Made by a program: the position numbers and the translations under genes
Source of the DNA: an uncultured Methanoregulaceae archaeon
GTDB taxonomy: Archaea > Halobacteriota > Methanomicrobia > Methanomicrobiales > Methanospirillaceae
NCBI GenBank assembly: GCA_963737635.1
Contig: CAVTTL010000001.1
Location: 928,001-992,000 of the forward strand
Length of the DNA: 64,000 bases
Direction: 5' to 3'
In this document: positions 24,565 to 35,527 of the stretch, piece after piece
Position numbering within the stretch: position 1 is the stretch's first letter
Layout of the letters: each line of letters begins with the position of its first letter
The notes under the pieces: model-generated
What the model saw: only the letters and a program-made list of their open reading frames with translations
Database searches by the model: none
What the model was told of the DNA's origin: nothing

Positions 24565-25068
24565 ATGACAACCCAGAAGAATGCAATGGACGCATTTGCC
24601 GGAGAATCCCAGGCCAACAGGAAATACCTCGCGTTTTCTGAAAAAGCTGCTGCCGAAGGATTTACTAACATCGCCACACTTTACAAGGCGGCATCAGAGG
24701 CCGAGGCAATTCATGCGGCGAAGCTCTTGAAAGTTCTGGGTGCAGTTAATGTGACCGAGAAGAACCTTGAAGGGAGTATAGAAGGGGAGACGCATGAGTA
24801 CACCTCCATGTATCCCGGATTTATTAGGGAGGCTGAGGTGGAGAAGAAGAGTGATGCAGTGCTTGCGTTCAGCCAGGCTATGAAGGCAGAAGAAGTCCAT
24901 GCAGGACTGTACAAAAAAGCGCTTGCTGCCCTTAAAGCCGGTCACGATCTCGAGCGGGAAAAGATTTTCCTCTGTCCAGTCTGTGGCAATATCGAGATCG
25001 GAAAAGCTCCTGATAAGTGCCCGATTTGCGGGGTATTCGGGAAACAGTTCCGTGAAATTACGTTCTGA
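24565..25068 (+). CDS. Rubrerythrin
   Basis: AFAGESQA, two ExxH motifs, GETHEYTSMYP and C-terminal CPVC...CPIC. Confidence 0.95.
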   Translation: MTTQKNAMDAFAGESQANRKYLAFSEKAAAEGFTNIATLYKAASEAEAIHAAKLLKVLGAVNVTEKNLEGSIEGETHEYTSMYPGFIREAEVEKKSDAVLAFSQAMKAEEVHAGLYKKALAALKAGHDLEREKIFLCPVCGNIEIGKAPDKCPICGVFGKQFREITF

Positions 25069-25110
25069 TCCTTTTTTAGCGCCTGCCGACTTTTAGTCCT
25101 GACAAAGAAG

Positions 25111-26391
25111 TTATTTTTTTGTGCGTCGCATGTGGGCCCAGACGATAACTACAATAAGAGCGATCAACGTTACCCACGAAGCTGAATAAAACACGATGAT
25201 CGGGTATTCAAGAATTGCTTTAGGCAGGGAAGACGCCGGATTCTCTTGTACTGCGCTGCAGGCAAAGGTAATAATCGTGCTTGCGGGGAACCGGCCCGGG
25301 CCGCCAAAATAGTGAACGAACACGGTGGCATTTCCGGACGCAATGGTCCCGGTTGCCGGAGCGTTATACGGGACCGGGAACGCGACAACACGTGTGAGCC
25401 GGGTATTCTGGTCTTTGAGCTCCACATACCATTCATCAGCATATACGTCGGGATAGGCATCCGCGGCACCCACCGTCAGCTGGGAACCGGGTGGAACTGC
25501 CACATGCCAGGTCCCCTGCTCGCTCTGGTTTGAAAAAGTCAACCTCTCAGTGGCCGTATCTCCGGTACCCAGCATGAGCGAGCCCGAGGTGAGAAATATC
25601 GGTGGAGTTCCGGTGGGAAGCGACAAAATGTCGGTACCGGCGGCAGCGGTACACTGGTACCGGTCATCCATCTCCTCCCCGTACGAAAGTGCCCTGTTGT
25701 AAATCCTAACTTCGTCTATTCCTCCGGTAAGGTAATCCGGGGAATTCTGATCGGGCGATTCAGCTGATCCTGCGTTAGCGCCGAGTAGGACTGCGTTGTC
25801 ATCTGCGTACCGGATGGGGCCTGACGCATTCACCCGGTCGCGGAGAACACCGTCGAGATAAATGCTGGTGGTCTGGCCGTCATAGGTTCCGGTAACCTGG
25901 TGCCATTGAGCGGGAGCAATGTTTTCGTGAGGAATAACTACCGAAATACTTCTTGCGGGGGTGTCAAGGCCGAGTGTCCACAAGAGATCATTTCCCTCAT
26001 CGAACCCAAGCCGGTATCCCCCTCCATTATTATACGTCGATATTAGTGTCTGGGGAGTCGTGTCGTTCACGTAGAACCAGAGAGATACGGTGATGGCATC
26101 CTCCGGATGATTTGCGGATGTATAAGGTATGGATATGTAACTCCCATTTCCGGCAAGTACCAATGCTTTCACGCATCCGCTGTTATCAACCCGGTATGCG
26201 TCCCCATGGATAGTCCCGGTATTCCCCTGCCCGGATGTGTCAAATGCGAGATTGCCACTCCCTTCGTTGAATGTGAGATACACTACCGGTCCGCTTTGGG
26301 TGGATGTAGTTCCCGATGCAGCGGTTGCATACGAGGTGCCGAGCAGCAGCACAATTATGATCCCCCAGAATAGGTCACGTCCGGTATGCAT
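25111..26391 (-). CDS. Secreted, C-terminally anchored LamG/ConA-like lectin domain protein
   Basis: Signal peptide; WHQVTGTYDG...IYLDG and GGIDEVRIYNRAL motifs; C-terminal TM helix. Confidence 0.85.
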   Translation of the reverse strand: MHTGRDLFWGIIIVLLLGTSYATAASGTTSTQSGPVVYLTFNEGSGNLAFDTSGQGNTGTIHGDAYRVDNSGCVKALVLAGNGSYISIPYTSANHPEDAITVSLWFYVNDTTPQTLISTYNNGGGYRLGFDEGNDLLWTLGLDTPARSISVVIPHENIAPAQWHQVTGTYDGQTTSIYLDGVLRDRVNASGPIRYADDNAVLLGANAGSAESPDQNSPDYLTGGIDEVRIYNRALSYGEEMDDRYQCTAAAGTDILSLPTGTPPIFLTSGSLMLGTGDTATERLTFSNQSEQGTWHVAVPPGSQLTVGAADAYPDVYADEWYVELKDQNTRLTRVVAFPVPYNAPATGTIASGNATVFVHYFGGPGRFPASTIITFACSAVQENPASSLPKAILEYPIIVFYSASWVTLIALIVVIVWAHMRRTKK

Positions 26392-26510
26392 AATGCGGTC
26401 CTGTTCCTGAATGGGTATTAGGTTTTGCTGGAAAAGAAATTTGCGCTTAATGCCGCTTTCTTCTGAGTCTGTTGCAAATCTTTATATTTGTCGCAAACCT
26501 CTTCGCATTC

Positions 26511-27662
26511 ATGAGGACGGTCACGGTATATTCCACCAAGAACTGCCCGTACTGCCGGATGGCAAAAGCGTTTCTTGAGAAGCAGGGGATCTTGTATACC
26601 TCCATTGACGTTGGTGCCGATGCAGCTGCGGCACAGAAGATGATCGCACTTTCGGGCCAGCGTGGTGTACCCGTTATTACCGTCGACGAAGAAGTCATTG
26701 TCGGCTATGATTCTCAGCGATTGAATGAACTGTTCGGTACCCACCCATCAGACCAGATCTATGATGTTGTTATCATAGGTGCGGGTCCGGCCGGGTTGAC
26801 TGCCGGGGTATACTGCGCGCGCAAACTTTTAAAGACCCTCATCGTTTCGGAGAATATCGGCGGCCAGGCACTGGAGTCATGGGCGATCGAGAACTACATG
26901 GGCTACCGGATGGTCACCGGAGAAGACCTGATGAAAAAGTTCGAGGAGCAGGTGCGGACTCTCGATGTACGGCTGGAGCTGGATCGCGTGAGTGGGATCA
27001 TGCCGGATCAGGATCTGTTTGCGGTCTCGACGGTATCCGGGATAACCGTAAAAGCGAAAAGCCTGATCCTGACCCAGGGAAAGCAACCGAGAAAACTCGG
27101 GGTTCAGGATGAGGGAAAGTATCTCGGGCGGGGACTCTCTATCTGCTCGACATGTGACGGTCCACTCTATAAGGGTAAAAAGGTCGCCGTAGTCGGTGGG
27201 GGTAATTCGGCGTTTCAGGCAGCGATCGAGCTGAGCGGGATTGCGACAGCGGTAAGCCTGATCGTCCGCAGCACGATTAAGGCGGATCCTCTCTATGTCA
27301 AAAAGGTAGAGGGAATAAAAAATATCACGGTGCACACCCATGCGCAGATTACCGCGCTCGCCGGTGAGCCGTTCCTCCAGCGTATCACGATAAAAGCAGA
27401 AGCGCAGGGCGAGCAGAGTATCGATGTGGACGGGGTTTTTATCGAGGTCGGCTGGACGCCGAACACAGATGCACTCGAGGGGCTTGTGGCTCTTAATGAG
27501 AACAAGGAAGTCGTGGTGGACGTCGACTGCCGGACGAGCCGGCCCGGGGTTTTTGCAGCCGGGGACGTTACCTCAGTCAGAAGCAAGCAGATTATTATAG
27601 CGGCCGGAGAAGGGGCAAAAGCGGCTCTTGAGGCATACGAGTACGTGATGAAACACGGCTGA
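26511..27662 (+). CDS. Glutaredoxin (CPYC) - thioredoxin reductase fusion
   Basis: N-terminal CPYC...GVP domain; GAGPAG, CSTCDG, GGGNSA and GVFAAGD motifs. Confidence 0.9.
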   Translation: MRTVTVYSTKNCPYCRMAKAFLEKQGILYTSIDVGADAAAAQKMIALSGQRGVPVITVDEEVIVGYDSQRLNELFGTHPSDQIYDVVIIGAGPAGLTAGVYCARKLLKTLIVSENIGGQALESWAIENYMGYRMVTGEDLMKKFEEQVRTLDVRLELDRVSGIMPDQDLFAVSTVSGITVKAKSLILTQGKQPRKLGVQDEGKYLGRGLSICSTCDGPLYKGKKVAVVGGGNSAFQAAIELSGIATAVSLIVRSTIKADPLYVKKVEGIKNITVHTHAQITALAGEPFLQRITIKAEAQGEQSIDVDGVFIEVGWTPNTDALEGLVALNENKEVVVDVDCRTSRPGVFAAGDVTSVRSKQIIIAAGEGAKAALEAYEYVMKHG

Positions 27663-27703
27663 AACGTTTTTGTCCGGCATCATTGGTAATGGGGATATGC
27701 CTG

Positions 27704-29171
27704 TTATCCGGCTGCCGGTTTTTTATTTTGCCGGTCCTTCTCCCGGTACCCTTCCAGCAGTACAGTCATGACGTTTTTCACCGGCTTTTTGGTATGGCTT
27801 GCGATATGGTACTCGCAGAACGGGCACGAGGTAATCACGATATCGGCCCCGGTCTTTTTTATCTCTTCTCCCCGGCGCCTGCCAGAGAGCTGCCGCCTCG
27901 TCAGGCACACCTGCCTTCACGCCACCCCCAGAGCCGCAACAGATAGATGGCATCTCGACGAGGTCGACGACCTGCCGGATCAACTGACGCGGCTCGTCCT
28001 GTATGCCCTGCCCCCGGAGCAGGTGGCAGGGGTCATGGTACGTAGCTTTCAAGGAGAGCCGTGCAGGACGTTCGATACTATAGTGCGTGAGCACCTCGTT
28101 GATGTCCATGACCTTAAACGGTGTTATGTAATCATGCTTGAGAGTCGAGCCGCAGCCGGCACACATGGTCATCACGGTATCGATCCCACAGAACGCATCG
28201 ATGTTTCGTTTTTTGAGCGTATCAATGAACGCCAGCTGGCCAGTCCGAATGAGCGGTGAACCGCAGCACACCTGTTCCCTCGGGATGATTACGCGGATGC
28301 CATTCCTGCGGAGTACTTCCATGGCATCGAGCGCGGACTGCTGTTGGCGCAGATTGTACATGCAACCTACGAAGAAACCGACGGTTGCTTTTACCGGGCC
28401 GTACGGTTCGAGGACCTCAACGGTCTTTTCGAGGAACGATTCAGAGGTGCGGGGGACGCTCCTGCCGGTCTTTTCAATGAGTGCAGCGACCTCCTGGTGC
28501 CTGGGGAGTGTGAACCCCTGTTCGTTTGCGAGCGCCCGGAGTTTCTCAATCGCCTTTGCCGGGATCCTGATCTTCTTTGGGCAGACTGCGAAGCAGGCTT
28601 GGCAGCTCGTACAGGTAAAAAGGCCGTCCCTGACCGCATCTGGTACGCGATTGCCGGTGTCCCGGGGATCGAGTACAAGCCGCATATTCTGTCGCATCGC
28701 GGTAGGCCCCAGGAAACTGGTCACTTCCATGGCCGGGCAGACCGAAACACACGCCAGGCATTCAATACACTCCCGTAATGGTTTTATCTCGTCGATCTGA
28801 GCCTTTGTTGGCAGCTTTATGTCTTGACCGGGCGCCGGTGTGAGCGATGCGATCGCCTCAATTTTCGGGAGAAGGTCAACGACAAGGTCTTTTTTGACCG
28901 GGAGGTTTAACGGGGTGATCGTGATGCCGTCTGTTGCCTCCTTCATACACGCAAGAACCGGCTCGCCGTCGACCCGGACAGCACAGCTTCCACACTGCCC
29001 GGACCCGCAGCAGTACCGGTAGGAAAGCATAGGATCGATCTCGTCGTGAATTGTGTGCAGGACATGAAGGATCCGGGCTCCTTCATTAACTGGTACGGTA
29101 TAGGATTCAAGGTGGGGCCGAGGATCTTTTTTCGGGTCAAAACGCTGGATCTTCACATGAACGCTTTTCAT
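27704..29171 (-). CDS. tfrB: Thiol:fumarate reductase subunit B; frameshift near 27884
   Basis: 2Fe-2S CGSGQCGSC, two 4Fe-4S motifs and CCG domains; downstream of tfrA. Confidence 0.88.
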
Positions 29172-30795
29172 GCGGGTGCCTCGTGTTTGATGATACCCTC
29201 GCGGTCCTTGGAGATGTACGTGTGCCCGTAGGGAGAGTGTTTCGCATCCCAATCCTGCACAAGGTCCAAGCGCATGTCAGCACCCCGTGATTCCGGCCGG
29301 ATAAGGGCCGAACGGCAGATGAGCACCGAAGTGAGACACATGTTCCGGACAATGCAGCATTCAGCGGGACCTGAGGAGCTGACCGCCCGGAGCGGGGCCT
29401 GAAGAAGACGTTCTGCCACGGCAAGCGCACCTCTGAGCCCGGCTTCGTCCCGGAATATACCGGCTCCCTGCCACATCGCGCACTGGAGCTCTTTTCGGAC
29501 CTGTGCCGGGTTTTCATTGCCGGAGAAGAAGCTCGAAATACACGCCTGTACCCGGGATACCTGTGCGGGATCGATCCTTTTGGTCCGTTTCTCGTTCTGC
29601 CCGGCAAACGCCCCGGCGCGTTTCCCAAAGACCTGTGTTTCGGCAAGGGCATTGCCTCCCAAGCGGTTTGCCCCTTGCACGCCGCCGGCCGTTTCTCCAC
29701 AGGCAAAGAGGCCGGGTACCGTGGTTTCGCACGTGGGGGTAATCTTCAGGCCGCCCATAATATGGTGGGCTGTCGGAGCGACTTCCATGGGCTGAGTCCG
29801 GATGTCTAGGCCAAAGGTCAAAAACTGCTCGAGCATCACCGGTAACCGGGTCTCGATCTGCTCTTTTGGGAGGTGCGTGACATCGAGATAGACCCCCCCA
29901 TGGGATGTGCCCCGGCCGTTTGCAATCTCGGTTGCAATCGCCCGGGCCACGATGTCCCGGGTCGACAGCTCCATGCGTACCGGATCGTATCGCTCCATGA
30001 AACGCTCTCCGAGAACATTTTTCAGGATGCCGCCCTCTCCACGCACCGCTTCCGTAATAAGCCGCCCCCGGGCATCGTACGGGTAGACCGCACCGGTCGG
30101 GTGAAACTGCACCATCTCCATATCGATCAGTTCAGCTCCAGCGCGGTAGCCCATGGCAAAACCGTCACCGGTGCCGCTTGAGGAGTTCGTGGACACATCG
30201 TAGACCCGGGACCCTCCTCCGGTGGCGAGGATGGTGCTGTCGGCAGTTATGAAGGTCATCTCCCCGTTTTCATCGAGGGCAATAGCACCGATCACCCTGT
30301 CGCCTTCTTTGAGCAGATCTATCACGGTGACTTCTTCCATTTTTGTGGCACCGGAAGAATCAAGACGCTCGACCAGCGTCATCATCATCTCGTGGCCGTC
30401 CGGTCCCCGGCGTAGCAGGTCCGGGGGAACCGCTGGCCGCCAAACGGGCGCTGGGCTACTTCGCTCTCCCCGGAGAAATCGAAAACCGCTCCCCACCGGA
30501 TCAGATCCTCGATGCGCTGCGGGGATTCCCGCACGAGGATCTTTACGAGATCGGGATCGTTAAGATACGCGCCTCCCCTGAGTGTATCTTCGTAATGGAT
30601 CTCGCAGGAGTCCTCCTGCCGCAGCACCGCGTTATAGCCCCCTTCGGCCATGGGGGTACATCCGCCTTTTCCCGCGATGGTTTTTGAAACGAGAACAGTC
30701 TCCCCACACCGGGCTGCCTCGATTGCCGCCCGTACGCCAGCGCCGCCGCTACCGATTACGAGTACGTGGCAATCCACCACGTCGTCTGCACGCAT
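29168..30795 (-). CDS. tfrA: Thiol:fumarate reductase flavoprotein subunit A; frameshift near 30397
   Basis: GSGGAG, QFHPT, LITEAVRGEG, HHIMGG and GANRLGGNAL motifs; GDRTGHE restored by one base. Confidence 0.88.
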
Positions 30796-30854
30796 ATTAT
30801 AATTCTGTGCGTCGTATAGTTACATAAATAAATGGTACAGCCGAGTGGACCAAT

Positions 30855-32252
30855 ATGAGATTTCTGATGAAATTTGGCGGGACGTCCGTCGCTGATGCAC
30901 AGTGTATCAGGAGCGTCGTTGACATCCTCGAAGAACACCATAAAGCTGGCGATGAAATAGTGGTCGTGGTCTCCGCCCAGCGGGGCGTTACCGACCAGCT
31001 CATCGCTCTTGCGGAAAAACTCCCTGCGGCAAAAGACTGCTCTGAGGTTCCACCTCTTATCGCGCACCTGCGTGAACGGCACATGACCACACTTAAAGGG
31101 GCTGCACCGGATCACATCAGGGAGGTTGAGGAAGTCATCGAAAAGCGCCTCGCGAGCCTCCAGCACATCCTTTTTGCAATCTACAATCTCAGGGAGCTCA
31201 CCCCCCGATCAAAGGATTACGTCATTTCGTACGGAGAGCGGCTGCTTGCGCCGGTACTAGGCGCAGCCCTACGCCAGCGGGACATCCCGTCGACCGTTCT
31301 TGACGGATGCGAGGCCGGTATCCTCACTACACCCCATCATGGCGAAGCGACCGCCCTCTCCCGGAGCGATGAACGCATTAAAAAGAAGATTGGGCCTCTT
31401 CTGAAAAAGGAGATCCCGGTCATTATGGGGTTTATGGGCTGTACGGAGGACGGGATTGTCACAACTCTCGGGCGGAGCGGTTCGGATTATTCTGCGTCCA
31501 TTGTCGGCGCCGGTATCGATGCCGATGAGATTTGGATCTGGACCGATGTCGATGGGATCATGACCTCCGATCCGCGAGTGATCAACGATGCCCGGGTACT
31601 CAAAAGCGTATCGTACATCGAAGTTATGGAGCTCTCGTATTTTGGAGCAAAGGTTATGCACCCCCGGTCGATTGACCCGGCCATGAGAAAGAACATCCTT
31701 GTACGGGTGAAAAACACCTTCAATCCTTCTGCCCCGGGCACCCTGATCGTAAGGAATGGCCACCGCGACAGCCGGATCGTAAAAGCGCTCACATATATCG
31801 AGAAGGTCGCCTCGATCAATATCAACGGCGCCCAGATGATCGGAAGGCCGGGGGTAGCAAAGGCGATCTTCTCCGCACTTGCTGACCGGGAAGTGAACGT
31901 GATGATGATCTCCCAAGGCTCATCGGAAGCCAACATCTCGCTCATCGTTGACGAATCCCACCTTGACGCTGCAGTGGACGCGCTTGAATTTCTCGTAACT
32001 GACGGTATCGTACGGGAAGTGACCAGCAACAGGGACGTCTGTGCCGTCGCTGTAGTCGGGGCAGGAATGGCCGGCGCGGCAGGCACAGGTGGCCGGATCT
32101 TTACCGCACTCGGCCGTGCCGGTGTGAACGTGATGATGATTTCGCAGGGATCGAGCGAGGCGAACATCTCGTTTGTAGTCCGGCAGGAGGATGGTCCGCG
32201 GGCAGTCAGGGTGCTGCATGACGAATTCCGGCTCTCGGAGGAATGCAATTGA
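30855..32252 (+). CDS. lysC: Aspartate kinase
   Basis: MKFGGTSV, TTLGRSGSDYSA and WTDVDG motifs; two ACT domains (MISQGSSE). Confidence 0.93.
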   Translation: MRFLMKFGGTSVADAQCIRSVVDILEEHHKAGDEIVVVVSAQRGVTDQLIALAEKLPAAKDCSEVPPLIAHLRERHMTTLKGAAPDHIREVEEVIEKRLASLQHILFAIYNLRELTPRSKDYVISYGERLLAPVLGAALRQRDIPSTVLDGCEAGILTTPHHGEATALSRSDERIKKKIGPLLKKEIPVIMGFMGCTEDGIVTTLGRSGSDYSASIVGAGIDADEIWIWTDVDGIMTSDPRVINDARVLKSVSYIEVMELSYFGAKVMHPRSIDPAMRKNILVRVKNTFNPSAPGTLIVRNGHRDSRIVKALTYIEKVASININGAQMIGRPGVAKAIFSALADREVNVMMISQGSSEANISLIVDESHLDAAVDALEFLVTDGIVREVTSNRDVCAVAVVGAGMAGAAGTGGRIFTALGRAGVNVMMISQGSSEANISFVVRQEDGPRAVRVLHDEFRLSEECN

Positions 32253-33241
32253 CCACGAATGCGTACCGCGATGCGGGCGTCGATATTGATCTTGAAGCAA
32301 CGGCAATTAAGGCACTAATCAAAAACCTGACATTCCGCAGGAAAGGCAATCATACGATGCTCGGGGACGTTGGTCACTTCGCCGGCCTGATCGATTTTGG
32401 CTCCGCAGCCCTTGCACTGGCGACCGATGGGGTAGGGACAAAGATGCTAGTGGCAGACAGGATGCAGGACTGGAGCACAGTCGGGATCGACTGCATCGCG
32501 ATGAACGTGAACGATCTCTATGTGATGCACATGGAACCGATCGCATTTGTCGATTACATTGCGACCGATCAGCTTTCGATAGAAAAGATGGCACAGATCG
32601 GTCTTGGCCTCAACGAGGGAGCACGGCAGGCAAATATCGATATCGTGGGCGGGGAGACGGCATCGCTTCGGGGACTGGTAAACGGTCTCGATCTCGCCGG
32701 TACCTGTATCGGCGTACAGGAGAAAGACCGTATCGTTACCGGTACGAAAATCCGGCCCGGTGACAGAATTATCGGTGTACCGTCCACTGGTGTCCATAGC
32801 AACGGGCTCTCGCTTGCGAGGATGGTTGTGGAGAAATATGCGAATTACGATGAAAAACTCGGCAATGGAAAAACACTCGGCCACGAACTTCTTACCCCGA
32901 CACGGATATACCATGAGAGCCTGAATGTTGCTGATACCTGTACGGTGCATGGTATGTGTCATATCACGGGGGGAGGATTGTTGAATTTCCTGCGACTGTG
33001 CCCCTACGGGTTCCGGTTTGACTCCCCTCTCCAGCCGCCTGAGATCTTCCGGTGGATACAGGAAACCGGCAACATATCTGACACCGAGATGTACCGGACC
33101 TTCAACATGGGGATGGGATATGCCTATATCGTGCCGTCGGCATCTGCGGACAACGTACTTAAAAAAGTGAAGGGTGCACGGATTGTCGGTGAGGTAACGG
33201 AAACACCCGGGGCTTGGCTTGGTGATGAACAGGTTACATAA
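32243..33241 (+). CDS. purM: Phosphoribosylaminoimidazole (AIR) synthetase
   Basis: YRDAGVDI, TDGVGTK, GGETA, HITGGG and TFNMG motifs; start may be TTG 32249. Confidence 0.95.
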   Translation: MQLTTNAYRDAGVDIDLEATAIKALIKNLTFRRKGNHTMLGDVGHFAGLIDFGSAALALATDGVGTKMLVADRMQDWSTVGIDCIAMNVNDLYVMHMEPIAFVDYIATDQLSIEKMAQIGLGLNEGARQANIDIVGGETASLRGLVNGLDLAGTCIGVQEKDRIVTGTKIRPGDRIIGVPSTGVHSNGLSLARMVVEKYANYDEKLGNGKTLGHELLTPTRIYHESLNVADTCTVHGMCHITGGGLLNFLRLCPYGFRFDSPLQPPEIFRWIQETGNISDTEMYRTFNMGMGYAYIVPSASADNVLKKVKGARIVGEVTETPGAWLGDEQVT

Positions 33242-33408
33242 CTGCTGGCTTCACCATCAGCCGAAAAAAATAAAAAAATTTTGGATATGAAAGGGAAAAT
33301 TGAAAACTCAAACGCCGTTCATAGTCCATAAAAACAGGGGTATCGCCTCAGCTGGTTCTTCTCTTTTTGATCGAATCGGGCAATTCCCGGAAATAAAAAA
33401 GCTCGGCC

Positions 33409-33948
33409 TCACTCCCCGCAGGCATCCGGTTCATCGGGCACATAGTCATTCTTCTGTGCCTTTTCCGAGACGATCAGACTATTTCCCATCGGGTCCTGAA
33501 GTATCACGGTTACAGGAAATCCGCCGACCTTGATGGATTCGATCTTTTCGAGAAGCACGCGCCCGTTTTCCCGTTCCTTTTCGTCGCCGTCTCTCACCGC
33601 GGTTTTAATGGCCTGTGCAATCCGGTCGAGCACTCCTTCCACATTCGTCACAAATCCTTCACAGGCCGGACCCGGATCTATACGGACGCCGAGCTCCGGG
33701 ATCTCGAGACTCGCCGTCATGCTTCTCACCACACGAATGTCAAGATCTTCGCGTGCAGTTATGCGCATCTCGTATCGGACAGGATCAGCATTTTTGAGAA
33801 GCTGCGTATCGACAAAACGGTACCCGCACGAAGGGCAGGTGGCAGAGATAATCAGGATATCAGAAAAATAGGGAATATTTTCAGTCTGGTAGAGGTATTC
33901 TATCTCATTATTGCAGTATGGACATGGTCCCGGGACGATAGTGCGCAC
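33409..33948 (-). CDS. ZPR1 zinc-finger protein
   Basis: CPYC...IPYF...CPSCG, TNVEG and DPMGNS motifs. Confidence 0.92.
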   Translation of the reverse strand: MRTIVPGPCPYCNNEIEYLYQTENIPYFSDILIISATCPSCGYRFVDTQLLKNADPVRYEMRITAREDLDIRVVRSMTASLEIPELGVRIDPGPACEGFVTNVEGVLDRIAQAIKTAVRDGDEKERENGRVLLEKIESIKVGGFPVTVILQDPMGNSLIVSEKAQKNDYVPDEPDACGE

Positions 33949-33952
33949 CGCT

Positions 33953-34318
33953 TCATGCCCCGATCTTATCGCGTGATATCTTAACGGACATGGGCGTCAG
34001 AACGACATACCGCTGGTCGCCAAGTCCGATAATATCTCCGTTGACGTCCTTTGCAACTTCCTTTAAGTCCTTTAAGACGCGCTCATACGAGATCTTGTCC
34101 ATCTTCAGGCGGGAGATATCGACGATCACTATGTTCCCGTTGTAAACCTCGTCCTTGACCCGCGGGGTATCCTTGAGATCAGCGATCGTTGCAATCTTTA
34201 CCAGAAGCGCCGGGGAATCCCTGCCATGCTCCTCGTAGGAACTGAGGTCCAGATCCATGTATTCATCATCGGAACTGGTGGAATTTTTCCCTAAAAGTGT
34301 GTCTATGATCTTAACCAT
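33953..34318 (-). CDS. sepF: Cell division protein SepF
   Basis: VYNGNIVIVDI and GDIIGLG...LTP archaeal SepF pattern. Confidence 0.85.
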   Translation of the reverse strand: MVKIIDTLLGKNSTSSDDEYMDLDLSSYEEHGRDSPALLVKIATIADLKDTPRVKDEVYNGNIVIVDISRLKMDKISYERVLKDLKEVAKDVNGDIIGLGDQRYVVLTPMSVKISRDKIGA

Positions 34319-34410
34319 AAAAAAACTGTACGAAGAAACTTATTTAATAGTATCGATGTTTAAGACAGAATTGGCCTAATTTTTCATCTTTGTTTCCCAT
34401 TTCAGAAATG

Positions 34411-34908
34411 TTAAAATTCAAGATTCCAGAGTTCATCGCCGACATGGTGAAAATTCTTGCACATCTTCCCGGATGCGCTCGCCCGGATGGCGGGCCCGTC
34501 CATGAGCGCCACTCCAATCGCAAGAGGTTTTTTATGCCGTTCGTCAACAATCTGGACAGGCCCCCCTGCGATGACATCATCGCTGACTGCGACGATTCCC
34601 GGTCGCATTACATCTGCCCCGTTTACTACGTACGGAATCGCACCGGCGTCTACGGTGACCATTCGTTCGGGAAAGGGGCACTGCACTGCTCCACGCAACG
34701 TCGGAAAAACCCATGTGCTGGCATCCATCAGTAACGGTTTTTTGTTCACCAGATAGAGTGCAACAGCCGCATTTGTTTCAAGTATCTCGATCATTTCGGC
34801 ATGGAAGAGCTTGGCAGACGGGCCAATCTGGAGAGCAAGCCGGTCAAGCAGGTCCTGTGCCTGACTTTTCCGGATAGAATGCCGTTTTTTTGCAATAATT
34901 TTTTTCAT
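34411..34908 (-). CDS. PUA-domain RNA-binding protein (DUF1947/MCT1-like)
   Basis: FPTL, VDAGAIPYVVNGADVMRPGI and HHVGD motifs. Confidence 0.88.
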   Translation of the reverse strand: MKKIIAKKRHSIRKSQAQDLLDRLALQIGPSAKLFHAEMIEILETNAAVALYLVNKKPLLMDASTWVFPTLRGAVQCPFPERMVTVDAGAIPYVVNGADVMRPGIVAVSDDVIAGGPVQIVDERHKKPLAIGVALMDGPAIRASASGKMCKNFHHVGDELWNLEF

Positions 34909-34961
34909 TGTCTTATTTCTACAATAGTTCTGGCAAAGGCTAAATTTTTTCCCGGCACTAG

Positions 34962-35324
<363 letters not shown>

Positions 35325-35335
35325 GGTGAAATACT

Positions 35336-35518
35336 ATGTCTAAAGGTACACCGTCAATGGGTAAGATGAACAAGATGACCCATATCGCCTGCAGGCGCTG
35401 TGGTAAGATCTCGTTCCATGCTCAAAAGAAGGTCTGCTCTGCCTGTGGGTTTGGCAGAAGCACCAAGATGCAAAGCTTCAAGTGGAACACCAAAAGACCA
35501 AAAATCCCGACGCACTAG
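35336..35518 (+). CDS. rpl37e: 50S ribosomal protein L37e
   Basis: [19 protein letters not shown]...CSACGFG. Confidence 0.96.
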   Translation: MSKGTPSMGKMNKMTHIACRRCGKISFHAQKKVCSACGFGRSTKMQSFKWNTKRPKIPTH

Positions 35519-35527
35519 AGCAGTACC

